Shown: positions 1 through 8,135, numbered from the stretch's first letter. The stretch: 64,000 nucleotides of DNA from Pseudobdellovibrionaceae bacterium (GCA_043720615.1 JAYSSI010000034.1:10833-74832), one strand, 5' to 3'. Notes: generated by a model not told the origin, from the letters alone. Numbers and translations: made by a program.

Positions 1-319
1 TTTCCTCCATGTGCATATTGCAGAGTTCTTTTAAATGAATAAATCGCCGCTCCCAAATTCTTTGCGTAGTTCGCTCTAAAGATGGAAAATGCAGTTCTTT
101 CATTCTTTGCCACACATGACCTAAAGTCGATGTCGTCCTAGGGCATATTAAAGATTTTTCACCGTTAAAAGTATTTCGCCAAAACTGCGCATCACGAATC
201 GAATCAAAAGTTTCTGCGTACTGCACACCATTTATTTTCTTTAAAGCTTGATACTTACCAGTTATTAAATCTTTTCTAATTCCTTTTTGTTTTGAAATTT
301 TTTGATATCTTTTAGTCAT
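1..319 (-). CDS. Tyrosine recombinase / phage-type integrase, N-terminal part only (gene continues off the left window edge)
   Basis: Not in the ORF track because it is open at the edge. My reverse-strand translation from ATG 319..317 reads MTKRYQKISKQKGIRKDLITGKYQALKKINGVQYAETFDSIRDAQFWRNTFNGEKS...TLGHVWQRMKELHFPSLERTTQRIWERRFIHLKELCNMHMEE with no stop to position 1. This looks like an Arm/AP2-like DNA-binding segment followed by the start of a SAM-like core-binding domain. The catalytic domain is not visible. Confidence 0.5.
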   Translation of the reverse strand, partial: MTKRYQKISKQKGIRKDLITGKYQALKKINGVQYAETFDSIRDAQFWRNTFNGEKSLICPRTTSTLGHVWQRMKELHFPSLERTTQRIWERRFIHLKELCNMHMEE

Positions 320-427
320 TCTACTCCTCATCAATCCAATTTTGGATTTCTAAGGGTATAAAAAATATTTTTCCGCGTTTTTTTCTGTGAGGAATTAAAT
401 TTTGTGATGTTAAATTATAAAGAGTTC

Positions 428-1018
428 CTAAGGAGTACCCTGTATAATCTGAAACATCACCAATTCGCCATATTCGATTTTATCTTGAGCTATTTTAGTT
501 TCAGATTTTTTTGCGCGTTGCTTTTTTGTTGTTATTTGATTGCATTGCTCGAGTGAATTTGCTTTTTTTTGCGCGTTTTGGATGACACCCAGCTCTAATC
601 CTCGAAGTTCGGTCTGAAGGGCTTTAACCTGTTCGACGTCATTTTCTTCAAACGCTTTTTTAAGCTGTGGCGTGATCCAGTTTAAATGCTTAATCAAGCT
701 GTAATGACTAAGTCGGATATTTTTAATTTCTTTTGCTGTTAATTCATCAGCATGTGATTTGATTAAGAAATTAACGAGATCAGACCGCGTTAGGTCTAAA
801 AATCCTTTAGTTGAATTTTTAATCTGGGTAAGCCACTTATTAAGTCGGTCGGATTCATCTTTAACAAGACTCACTCTGTCGATATGAGTTTTTTCTTTAT
901 ATTTCGGAGAGTTCTCGACAGTGCTTTCATTTACTAGCTCTCCAATTATTAAATCAGTTTTTAACGACTCCATGAAGTGTCCCGTTGAATACGGTAAAGG
1001 TAATGTCCTTCTTCCCAT
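428..1018 (-). CDS. Hypothetical protein, charged and coiled-coil-like, next to the integrase
   Basis: 196-aa ORF in the track. The internal Met at 973 (MESLKTDLIIGE...) is a plausible true start. I recognise no motif. Confidence 0.4.
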   Translation of the reverse strand: MGRRTLPLPYSTGHFMESLKTDLIIGELVNESTVENSPKYKEKTHIDRVSLVKDESDRLNKWLTQIKNSTKGFLDLTRSDLVNFLIKSHADELTAKEIKNIRLSHYSLIKHLNWITPQLKKAFEENDVEQVKALQTELRGLELGVIQNAQKKANSLEQCNQITTKKQRAKKSETKIAQDKIEYGELVMFQIIQGTP

Positions 1019-1088
1019 TCTGTACCACCGTTTTTAATGATTTCAGGAATCCAAATCTTTTTAATTTCAGGTTTTAATAATTTCGGCT

Positions 1089-1268
1089 ATGGTGGGCATA
1101 GGATCTTTTCTGACCGTCTATCTGGGCCGAGAATTCCCTGACTTCAGTGCCCTTAGTGGGGGCCTCGGAACAGCATGTTTACTTCTTGGCTTTTTGCTAA
1201 CGAAAACTTCTGATTCTGGAGTTGGTTATTTTAAGCTCTTTACAATCGACAGGGACCTTGAATCTTAA
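1089..1268 (+). pseudogene. Orphan 3'-terminal fragment (59 codons) of a membrane-protein gene, paralogous to the 3' end of 4112..5023
   Basis: ATG 1089 translates to MVGIGSFLTVYLGREFPDFSALSGGLGTACLLLGFLLTKTSDSGVGYFKLFTIDRDLES*. 43 aa align with VGVGSFLTVYLGREFPDFSALSGGIGTACLLLGFVLTKTSDSG of ORF 4820..5023 with only 3 substitutions. No upstream membrane-protein body precedes it. Confidence 0.55.
1092..1221 (+). repeat. Left copy of a 130-bp imperfect direct repeat (partner at 4865..4994)
   Basis: Hand alignment at a constant offset of 3773 bp, no indels, 10 mismatches in 130 (about 92% identity). Homology stops abruptly near 1090 on the left and at 1221 on the right. Confidence 0.85.
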
Positions 1269-1274
1269 GATCCT

Positions 1275-1463
1275 GTGTTTAACTTTAAAAAGAAGACTTC
1301 ACGATTCATTGCAAAATCTGAGGATTTGTTCAGTGATGATTCAACTTCTTTTGTTTCTATAACAGAAACATACATTTCTAAATTGTTTCTTCTAATGAAA
1401 GTTAAAAATGGCAAGTTCGCTTCAAGTCAAAATCGTGTGGCGGCCATTAAAGAGACCTTATGA
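1275..1463 (+). CDS. Hypothetical small protein (62 aa, non-ATG start), first gene of an ATGA-coupled pair
   Basis: ORF track. Its stop overlaps the next start (ATGA at 1460..1463). No recognisable motif. Confidence 0.35.
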   Translation: MFNFKKKTSRFIAKSEDLFSDDSTSFVSITETYISKLFLLMKVKNGKFASSQNRVAAIKETL

Positions 1464-1813
1464 AGCTTTGTTTAAATTCGGCTGTTATCCATCCTAGGGC
1501 ACAAGCTGATGTATCACAATGTTTCCGAGCCGGAAATTACAAAACTGGCGAAATCCATATTTCGCAAACTGCAGTTACCGTGGATTACGATATTAAGGAC
1601 GCTTCCGCATATTCAAAAGAAAGCGGACACATTTTACAGTTTAAAAATGATGGCCATCAAATTTCTTTTTCGACTTTTTTAATAGGTACTGGTGATGGGT
1701 CAGATGCTCAAATTACATTAACTTCTCAGTCACTGGTTATTGAGTCTTTGGAAAATAATGGCCAACCCCTTGAAGGTGGAAAAGCAGTCTATAAATTGAA
1801 GTCTTGCGAATAA
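1460..1813 (+). CDS. Hypothetical protein (117 aa), second gene of the ATGA-coupled pair
   Basis: ORF track. The sequence looks beta-rich (TAVTVDYDIKD...HILQFKNDGHQISFSTFLIGTGDGSDAQITLTSQSLVIESL). No known domain recognised. Confidence 0.45.
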   Translation: MKLCLNSAVIHPRAQADVSQCFRAGNYKTGEIHISQTAVTVDYDIKDASAYSKESGHILQFKNDGHQISFSTFLIGTGDGSDAQITLTSQSLVIESLENNGQPLEGGKAVYKLKSCE

Positions 1814-2175
1814 CTTTATATCTCGCGAATTCAATAAGCCACTTGTGGCGCGAGTGGGCTTCAAAAAGTGGGCTTTCACGATTTATTGCAAAACTTGCGA
1901 GTTTGTCCCCGTCTTGAACTGCTCAAAATAAACGTCCCCTGGGGACGACAAAAGATAGCGTTCTAATGATTGAACCTTATAATCTATTGGCTTCAGCCTT
2001 TAAAAGGCGGACAGGCGGCGCTGTTGTGATTGAAGGCGCTAAAAAAGCTTAGGAATTGATCAAGACCTTGGCGTTTTGATCGCAATGGGGCCAGCAGCAA
2101 GGCTGGAAGCTTTTTTAGTTCGCTATCATCAGATCCAATTACTATGTGTCTCTTAACTAGACCTCTCTTTTGACT

Positions 2176-2207
2176 TATGCATATGAAAATGATATTATTT
2201 ATGCATA
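2176..2207 (+). promoter_or_regulatory. Two copies of the palindrome TATGCATA (TTATGCATA) 24 bp apart, upstream of vapB; candidate VapB operator
   Basis: TATGCATA at 2176..2183 and 2200..2207. The second copy ends 10 nt before the vapB ATG and abuts the AAGGAG Shine-Dalgarno sequence. Confidence 0.35.
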
Positions 2208-2217
2208 AGGAGATCTC

Positions 2218-2403
2218 ATGCGTACAACTCTTGACCTTCGTGAGGACCTCATTAAAGCAGCCATGGAGCTCACACATCAAAAAGAAAAAACCACTGTCAT
2301 TCATATGGCCTTAGAAGCTCTTATTGAAAAAGCTGCTAGAAATGAACTCGCCCTCATGGGTGGAAAAGCCTCTGGATTTAAAAAAATCCATCGTCGCAGA
2401 TGA
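2218..2403 (+). CDS. vapB: Type II antitoxin, VapB-like
   Basis: 61 aa reading MRTTLDLREDLIKAAMELTHQKEKTTVIHMALEALIEKAARNEL. This is the typical 'MRTTLDLDDDLL' antitoxin N-terminus, and it has a 4-nt ATGA overlap with a PIN toxin gene. Confidence 0.75.
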   Translation: MRTTLDLREDLIKAAMELTHQKEKTTVIHMALEALIEKAARNELALMGGKASGFKKIHRRR

Positions 2404-2753
2404 AGAAAGTGCTTGTCGATTCTTCTGTCTGGATCTCTCATTTTAAAAAAGCGGACCCACTTCTAATTCAACTGCTGGCTGAAGACTCAGTCGTGACTCA
2501 CCCGTTTGTGCTTCAAGAGCTTTATCTAGGACGCCCGAAAGGAAAAGATTTTATTTTTGACCTATTGGAAACACTAGAGACATTGCCTATTTTGGAAACA
2601 GCAGATGTATTTTCATTCATTGAAAAAAATAATATTGTTGGTGGTGGTATTGGAATTATTGATACACACCTTTTAGCTTCTGCCTATAATAATAAAATAG
2701 GAATCCACACAAACGATAAAAATTTAAAAAAATTAACTACAAAACTTTTATAA
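2400..2753 (+). CDS. vapC: PIN-domain toxin, VapC-like
   Basis: 117 aa. It begins MKKVLVDSSVWISHF (N-terminal acidic PIN residue) and also has ...VTHPFVLQEL...IGIIDTHLLASA. Gene order and size fit vapBC. Confidence 0.85.
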   Translation: MKKVLVDSSVWISHFKKADPLLIQLLAEDSVVTHPFVLQELYLGRPKGKDFIFDLLETLETLPILETADVFSFIEKNNIVGGGIGIIDTHLLASAYNNKIGIHTNDKNLKKLTTKLL

Positions 2754-2937
2754 TCACAAAGAATGAAATATATGAACTCATTTAAAATTTTTAAAAGAAA
2801 ATGGTTCGCGGGGGCATGGGCCTTTATCTCCGTCATGAGCGTCATAGCAAAGTCCCCGTTCGTTAGCGATTCATTTAAATCCAACTCCATCATTTCTTTT
2901 TAACGATTCGGCACCCCCCTTTACAAACCCTATAAAG

Positions 2938-2957
2938 GTGTGTATGATAGTGTGTAT
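2938..2957 (+). promoter_or_regulatory. Direct repeat GTGTGTAT x2 (12-bp period) upstream of the RHH antitoxin gene; candidate operator
   Basis: GTGTGTAT at 2938..2945 and 2950..2957. These lie just after a TATAAA box (2931..2936) and before the GGAGG SD and ATG 2970. Confidence 0.3.
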
Positions 2958-2969
2958 CGGAGGTTTCCA

Positions 2970-3212
2970 ATGGGAGCTGTTAGAATCAATATCACCTTGC
3001 CTGAAGATGTGGTTAAAATTCTTAAAAAAATGACTAAATCGGGAGAAAAATCTGCTTTTATTGCAGAGGCTATCCGAATGTTTGCTAAGAAAGAGTCTCA
3101 AGAGGATTTGATGAAGAGAATGATTGAAGGTTATAAGGCTGGTAATGATTTATCTGCTGAGGATAAAGAGTGGCTGAATGCTGATCTTGGCGAGACAGAC
3201 CATGAATATTGA
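2970..3212 (+). CDS. Ribbon-helix-helix (CopG/MazE-role) antitoxin
   Basis: I chose the internal start at 2970 because it is preceded by GGAGG. MGAVRINITLPEDVVKILKKMTKSGEKSAFIAEAIRMF is a classic RHH. It overlaps the downstream MazF-like gene. Confidence 0.7.
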   Translation: MGAVRINITLPEDVVKILKKMTKSGEKSAFIAEAIRMFAKKESQEDLMKRMIEGYKAGNDLSAEDKEWLNADLGETDHEY

Positions 3213-3543
3213 GCGCGGTGATATTATCTTAGTTGAACTTGATCCAACCAAAGGATTTGAAATTCAAAAAACAAGGTCCTGTATTGTAGTTACTAATGAC
3301 ATTGCCAACACATATTCACGCCTCCTAATGATTGTTCCAATGACGTCCCAAAAATTGAGTAAAATTTTTCCGCATGAGGTTTTGATCACAAAGGCAAAAG
3401 GCCTTACAAAAGCATCAAAAGCTATCCTTTCACAAACGCGAGCTATTGATCGGTCTCGAATTAAATCAAAACTTGGAAGTGTTTCTACGCAGTCCTTAAA
3501 AGAAGTTGATACCGCTCTTAAATTACACCTGGGCCTCTCATAA
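3202..3543 (+). CDS. mazF: MazF/PemK-family endoribonuclease toxin
   Basis: From Met at 3202: MNIERGDIILVELDPTKGFEIQKTRSCIVVTNDIAN...MIVPMTS...LSQTRAIDRSRI. The hallmark motifs 'RGDI..V.l.P..G.E..K.RP.vVv' and 'q.RtiDk.Rl' are present. Confidence 0.85.
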   Translation: MNIERGDIILVELDPTKGFEIQKTRSCIVVTNDIANTYSRLLMIVPMTSQKLSKIFPHEVLITKAKGLTKASKAILSQTRAIDRSRIKSKLGSVSTQSLKEVDTALKLHLGLS

Positions 3544-3624
3544 TTAAATAACTGCATCCGAGTCCATACTTTACAAATGTAACTAATTTCTTTGATCTTA
3601 TAACATTAAATAATAATTAAAAAA

Positions 3625-3652
3625 GCTCTGATTGAAACCAGCGCCTTTTTTT
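3625..3652 (+). terminator. Probable intrinsic terminator after mazF
   Basis: GCTCTG (3625..3630) and CAGCGC (3639..3644) form a 6-bp stem with one mismatch and an 8-nt loop, followed by a T7 run at 3646..3652. An A-run upstream could make it bidirectional. Confidence 0.4.
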
Positions 3653-4111
3653 ATTCTCTGGCTGTATTTCCAACGCCTGCTTGGCTCAACACCATTTTCC
3701 CCTAATAAAAATTCTAATTCTCGAGACTTGATTTTCTTAATTTTAGGACGGCAACCGGCCATTTTGCTAAAAACCCCCTTTAAAGCTGCTGGAATGTGGA
3801 TCTGGGATCTGGCTCATTTGGCCTTTACAAGCATGGACCCTTGGAGACTTTGGATTTCTAGATGCACTCAACTTGAAAAAACTGACTTCACCGAAAATGG
3901 ACTTCCCCAAAGGGAATTTTATGCCGGAGTCCGCAGCGTCATTTAAAAAAAATCTGGATTTATTTTAGACGTCGATGAGAGTTCTATTTTAAACGAACTG
4001 TCGAAGGCTTTTGGCGATGGGGAATTTAAACTCCAGATTCTAAAATCCAAACAGGACCTAGTTAAAAATATCCCGAAAGATAATTCAGACTTCATCTATC
4101 TAAGAATTCTG

Positions 4112-5023
4112 ATGGCTATGGTTTTATTTTTAATCATGGCTCAGTCGAATGTTTGGGCTGATACAGAGACTCACTTAGTTCTTGCTGTCGGTTACCGCGC
4201 CCTTTTAGTGGCGACGCCATTTTTTGTCCATTTTGGATATTCGCGAGGCATGAGCATTTCCTTAATGATAGGTATTTTATCTCTGCTGTTAGCTTACTTT
4301 TCATTCAATGCCTTGGCCTTAGGACTTTTTTCTTTAGGCATGGCGGTTGGGGGTTACATCTGTAAATTTTCAAACTCACACACTACAAAAGGGGCAGCAG
4401 ATAATAAAGTCGCTTTAAATATTGGCAGCCTAGCAGCAGGATTTTTACTTTTGTGGACTCAAGAAAAAAATATTTTAATTGGACTTTCCATCGTTGCTTT
4501 GATGGTGGCTCTTTATTTTTCGACATTTATCGATTGGGATCTTAGCAAAGTAACTCAGTCCACTACTTTACTTAAAAAGAAAAACAACTTTTTACATTTA
4601 ATCGGTTGGAGCCTGATTGGCATTGCCACTGGAATTAAGTTGACCGGTGTTTTTACAATCTTGCCGCAGTTTCTTATTCATAAAATGGGGATTCTTCCCA
4701 ACTGGTTTGGATCTTTGCTGATCATTAATAGCCTGGGCGTTATCTTTGTCCAACATCGGGTTTTAAAATACCTTGGCGGATCAAAAAGAAATTGGACTTT
4801 GTAGCTGTCGACTTCGGCCATGGTTTTATTAGCCCTTCCAGCTCTTTTCCAAGTCGAGACCCTAGTGGGCGTCGGATCTTTTTTGACCGTCTATCTGGGC
4901 CGCGAATTTCCCGACTTCAGTGCCCTCAGTGGGGGCATCGGAACAGCATGTTTACTTCTTGGCTTTGTGCTCACGAAAACTTCTGATTCTGGAGATAAAT
5001 TGGATAACCACTTGCATAAGTGA
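4112..5023 (+). pseudogene. Multi-pass membrane protein (MFS-like) interrupted by one in-frame TAG at 4802..4804
   Basis: ORFs 4112..4804 and 4820..5023 are in the same frame with only the TAG between them (...GGSKRNWTL*LSTSAMVLLALPALF...). Both halves are hydrophobic, helix-rich sequence. Confidence 0.55.
4865..4994 (+). repeat. Right copy of the 130-bp direct repeat (partner at 1092..1221), lying inside the 3' end of the membrane-protein gene
   Basis: Same hand alignment as for the left copy. Confidence 0.85.
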
Positions 5024-5041
5024 TGTAAAGGTGTTACACTT
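5009..5041 (+). promoter_or_regulatory. CACTT/AAGTG inverted-repeat set upstream of the RelB-like gene; candidate operator
   Basis: CACTT 5009..5013, AAGTG 5018..5022 and CACTT 5037..5041, followed by the AAGGAGG SD and ATG 5062. Confidence 0.25.
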
Positions 5042-5061
5042 ATTTTACAAGGAGGCTACAT

Positions 5062-5283
5062 ATGCCAACGGCTAAAAAACGCATCAATCTGACGGTCGAA
5101 GATGATATTTTCGAGTCTTTAAATAAAATCGCAAAGAAAGAGAAAACCTCTGTGGCTAGTATCAGCAATTTGCTGCTTGAAAAAGCTCTTGATCTTCAAG
5201 AGGATTTTTATTTTTCCAGAATTAGTGAAAATCGTCTTTCTAAGAATGAGAAACGCTTATCTCACAAAGATATTTGGGACTAG
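5062..5283 (+). CDS. RHH antitoxin (RelB/DinJ-role)
   Basis: 73 aa reading MPTAKKRINLTVEDDIFESLNKIAKKEKTSVASISNLLLEKAL, an RHH fold signature. It lies directly upstream of a RelE/ParE-type gene. Confidence 0.7.
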   Translation: MPTAKKRINLTVEDDIFESLNKIAKKEKTSVASISNLLLEKALDLQEDFYFSRISENRLSKNEKRLSHKDIWD

Positions 5284-5286
5284 TTT

Positions 5287-5544
5287 GTGTATAAAATTGA
5301 GTACAGTGAATCGGTTAAAAAGGATTTGTCTTCCATTTCTAAGGTCAACAAGGAACAAATTCGTAAGGCCATAGAAAAAAAACTAGCAACAAATCCAATA
5401 GAATATGGAAAACCTCTTCAATACAGCTTAAAAGGGCTCCGAAGACTCCGTGTAGGTGACTATCGAATTATTTTTAAAATTGAAGAAGATGAAAAAATTG
5501 TTCTTGTGGTGAAAATCGGGCATCGGCGCGAAGTTTATGAATGA
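5287..5544 (+). CDS. RelE/ParE-family toxin
   Basis: 85 aa. ...KKDLSSISKVNKEQIRKAIEKKLATNPIEYGKPLQYSLKGLRRLRVGDYRIIFKIEEDEKIVLVVKIGHRREVYE is the canonical RelE/ParE C-terminal pattern (RvGdYRiiy.i.d....v.v..igHRkdvY). Confidence 0.85.
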   Translation: MYKIEYSESVKKDLSSISKVNKEQIRKAIEKKLATNPIEYGKPLQYSLKGLRRLRVGDYRIIFKIEEDEKIVLVVKIGHRREVYE

Positions 5545-5593
5545 TAAGGTGTTCATCGATTGAAGTTTTTCATAAACAGTGTTAGAAGGATTT

Positions 5594-6856
5594 ATGAAGC
5601 TTATTGCCCTAATCTCCATTTTTTATTCGATCTTGGCTTTTGCTGGACCTATGAAGGAAATTTCTTCAACGGAAGAATTTGAAGCTTACCTTCTTGAGGC
5701 GCAATTCAATGGAGTCTTGCTGATTCAAAAAGATCAACGTGTTCTTTACAGAAAAGCTCAAGGCTTAAGAGATTTTGAATCTCAAATCCCGTTAACAATC
5801 TCAGATAAATTTCATATGGGATCCATCACCAAGCAGTTTGTGTCAGCTTAGATTCTTAAGCTTCAAGATCAAGGAAAAATCTCCATTGATGACGACCTAA
5901 AAAAGCATCTTCCTCAATATTTATTTCTTAAAGGTGTTTCAATTCGCGATATTCTGAATCACACTTCTGGGATTGATAATTACACAGATAATAAATTCTT
6001 TATGAAAATTGCATTTGGGAAAAAGAGTCTGACGTTAAATGACATCATCGATTTTTTATCCACTCTTCCTTTAAATTTTGCTCCGAAAACAAAATGGCAA
6101 TATTCAAATTCTGGATACATCGTAGCTGGTAAAGTGGTCGAAGCCGTCAGCGGATTAAGTTGGGATGATTTCATTAGCACTCATTTTCTTAAACCTTTGA
6201 AAATGAATAATACAGGCTATGTGGAATATTTTGAATCTGTCTCGGACACCAGGGGGCATCAGCTCGTAAATGGAAAGCCTAAAAAAGTTGAAGGGTTTAA
6301 TATGTCCTGGGCTTTATCCGCCGGCGCGCTTTATACAACCGTCGATGATTTTGCTCTTTGGACAGAGATGTACGACTCTTCTCCCCTTTTAAGTATGTCT
6401 GCAAAAAAAGAAATGCAAACTCCCTTTCTGTCAAATCACGGACTTGGTGTGAATATCACTAAATACAAAAATGATTTAAAAATCCACCACGGTGGAAAAA
6501 CTCCTGGTTTTAATTCGAATTTGATCTATTTAAAGAAAGCTCGACTAAAAGTTGTGAAGCTCGATAACAACGATGGCGGTGCAGCTGATATAAAACAAAT
6601 TGTAGATTATGAAGGTCAGTATCAATCGCCGAGTCTTAAAATGAAAATATATTTAAAGAACGGGCAACTTTATGCTTTTCCAGAAGGACAGAGAGAATTT
6701 CTTCTGACTGCCAATGATATTGATAGCTTTCGATTAATGGGTTTAGCCGGCGAAGAATTCATTCGAGATCATCATGGCAGAGTGACCCAACTTCATCATT
6801 ATCAAAACGGTTCGATGACTGTGTTTAAGAAAGTACCTTATGGCTTTGATTTGTAG
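5594..6856 (+). pseudogene. Serine hydrolase / class C beta-lactamase-family protein interrupted by one in-frame TAG at 5849..5851
   Basis: It has a signal peptide (MKLIALISIFYSILAFA) and the SxxK motif in HMGSITKQFVSA, followed by TAG. The same frame then continues with no other stop: ILKLQDQGKISIDDDLKKHLPQY...ILNHTSGI...YSNSGY... into ORF 6002..6856. Confidence 0.7.
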
Positions 6857-6888
6857 ACACAACATTTGTTGATTGCTACATTAAAGTA

Positions 6889-7092
6889 ATGAAAAAACTA
6901 AGCATTAAATCTTTCGATGATCCAAATTTTTTAAAACTTGGATTGTACTGTATAGCCGCAGGCCTTCTTGTCTTTTTGGCGTCTTACTTTTTTGAATTCG
7001 CAGGAATTATTGCTTTAAGAGGCGGCGGCGGACTTGGGGTCATTATTTGTATAACTTATTTCGTTTCTTGCCGCTTTAAAAATAAGAATTAA
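6889..7092 (+). CDS. Small two-helix membrane protein, hypothetical
   Basis: 67-aa ORF with two hydrophobic stretches (LGLYCIAAGLLVFLASYFF and GGLGVIICITYFV). Confidence 0.4.
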   Translation: MKKLSIKSFDDPNFLKLGLYCIAAGLLVFLASYFFEFAGIIALRGGGGLGVIICITYFVSCRFKNKN

Positions 7093-7093
7093 A

Positions 7094-7999
7094 CTATACT
7101 TTAGAAAAATTCAATTCTGGTTGGATCATTTTCAGAAAAGTCCGAGCACTTAAAGATAAATTGCGGTCATTTCGACGAGCTAGATAAAGTGGGATAGCAA
7201 TGGCGCGCTTGAGGGGAATTTCTACAAGCGCTCCAGAACTTAATTCTTCTTCAATCATGAATCTCGTTAAAAAAGAAATTCCAAGTCCTTCCAGGCAAAG
7301 TCGCTTTTGTGTTTCTTGGCTGTTGGACTCAGATACAATATTTGGCTGAGTCTTAAGGATATCCATCAGTTCTTGAGAAGGATGTTTTTGATACTGAGAT
7401 CTGATGGAGCCGATAAAACCCACTTTTTGTAAAAGTGCTTTTAAATTGCGGCATGAAATCGGACTTGGAAAGTCTTGAGTCCACTGAGGATGACAAACTA
7501 GAATCATCTCCATTTGAAAAATAGATTCGTATTTAATTCCCGAAAGATTCACTTTTGTAAAAAAAAGTCCAAATTCAACTTCACCTTGTTTTATTAAATT
7601 CAAAATATCATTGGGAGTTCCAGAATATATTTGTGGGACTATTTTTGGATGCTGAGCCTTCATTTGTTGAATTTTATGAATTAAAAAATAATTGCATAAA
7701 TGATCAGAAGCCCCAAACGACAAAAACCCTTCACAAACCTCTTTCACATCTCGGTAGGTCGCTTCAATCTCGCTGACAATCTGAAACAGCTGTTCACATT
7801 TATGAAATACCTGCAGTCCAGAAGCTGTCAGAGAAACTCCTTTTTTAGAACGCTCGAAAAGTTGAACCCCTTCTCGGTCTTCCAAAAGGGCCACAGATTT
7901 ACTTAAGGCCGATTGGCTAATCCGTAACTGCTGGGCGGCTTTGGTAAAACTGCCCGCTTTGGCGACTTCAAAAAAGTAATTGAGATAATTAAGTTCCAT
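7094..7999 (-). CDS. LysR-family transcriptional regulator
   Basis: From Met at 7999: MELNYLNYFFEVAKAGSFTKAAQQLRISQSALSKSVALLEDREGVQLFERSKKGVSLTASG, a canonical LysR wHTH, followed by a roughly 200-aa effector domain. Confidence 0.9.
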   Translation of the reverse strand: MELNYLNYFFEVAKAGSFTKAAQQLRISQSALSKSVALLEDREGVQLFERSKKGVSLTASGLQVFHKCEQLFQIVSEIEATYRDVKEVCEGFLSFGASDHLCNYFLIHKIQQMKAQHPKIVPQIYSGTPNDILNLIKQGEVEFGLFFTKVNLSGIKYESIFQMEMILVCHPQWTQDFPSPISCRNLKALLQKVGFIGSIRSQYQKHPSQELMDILKTQPNIVSESNSQETQKRLCLEGLGISFLTRFMIEEELSSGALVEIPLKRAIAIPLYLARRNDRNLSLSARTFLKMIQPELNFSKV

Positions 8000-8135
8000 G
8001 CAATTCAAAGCTTAGTTCATCTATTCCAAAAAGTAATGGATAACCTGCAAATTATGTAATTTTAATATGCTTATGATAGGGCTATATCTGCCCTCGCTGA
8101 GATCTATAAAGATTCCATAACCCCAAGGAGAAAAA

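Noticed and set aside
1993-2304. 103-aa minus-strand ORF.
   Set aside because: It overlaps the well-supported vapB gene and its promoter on the opposite strand, has no motif, and is probably spurious.
3632-3968. ORF 3632..3946 and alternative frames containing ...KLLECGSGIW..., which resembles methyltransferase motif I (ExGxG). Possibly a decayed SAM-MTase gene.
   Set aside because: Only one short motif, spread over shifted frames. That is too little evidence to call a pseudogene, and the listed ORF itself has non-protein-like composition.
4802-5851. In-frame TAG codons as evidence of amber recoding (pyrrolysine or reassignment).
   Set aside because: TAG ends several well-delimited genes in this same window (5283, 6856, 18203, 30563, 32630, 33655). 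No tRNA-CUA or pyl genes are visible. Pseudogenisation in a decaying island is the simpler explanation. It is kept as a finding only because it can be tested.
1-7092. Integron-like layout: a recombinase on the minus strand followed by many plus-strand cassettes, including TA genes.
   Set aside because: The visible integrase N-terminus looks like an Arm/AP2-type phage integrase and not IntI. I found no recurring attC-like imperfect inverted repeats between the cassettes. The only repeat is a duplicated coding 3' end.
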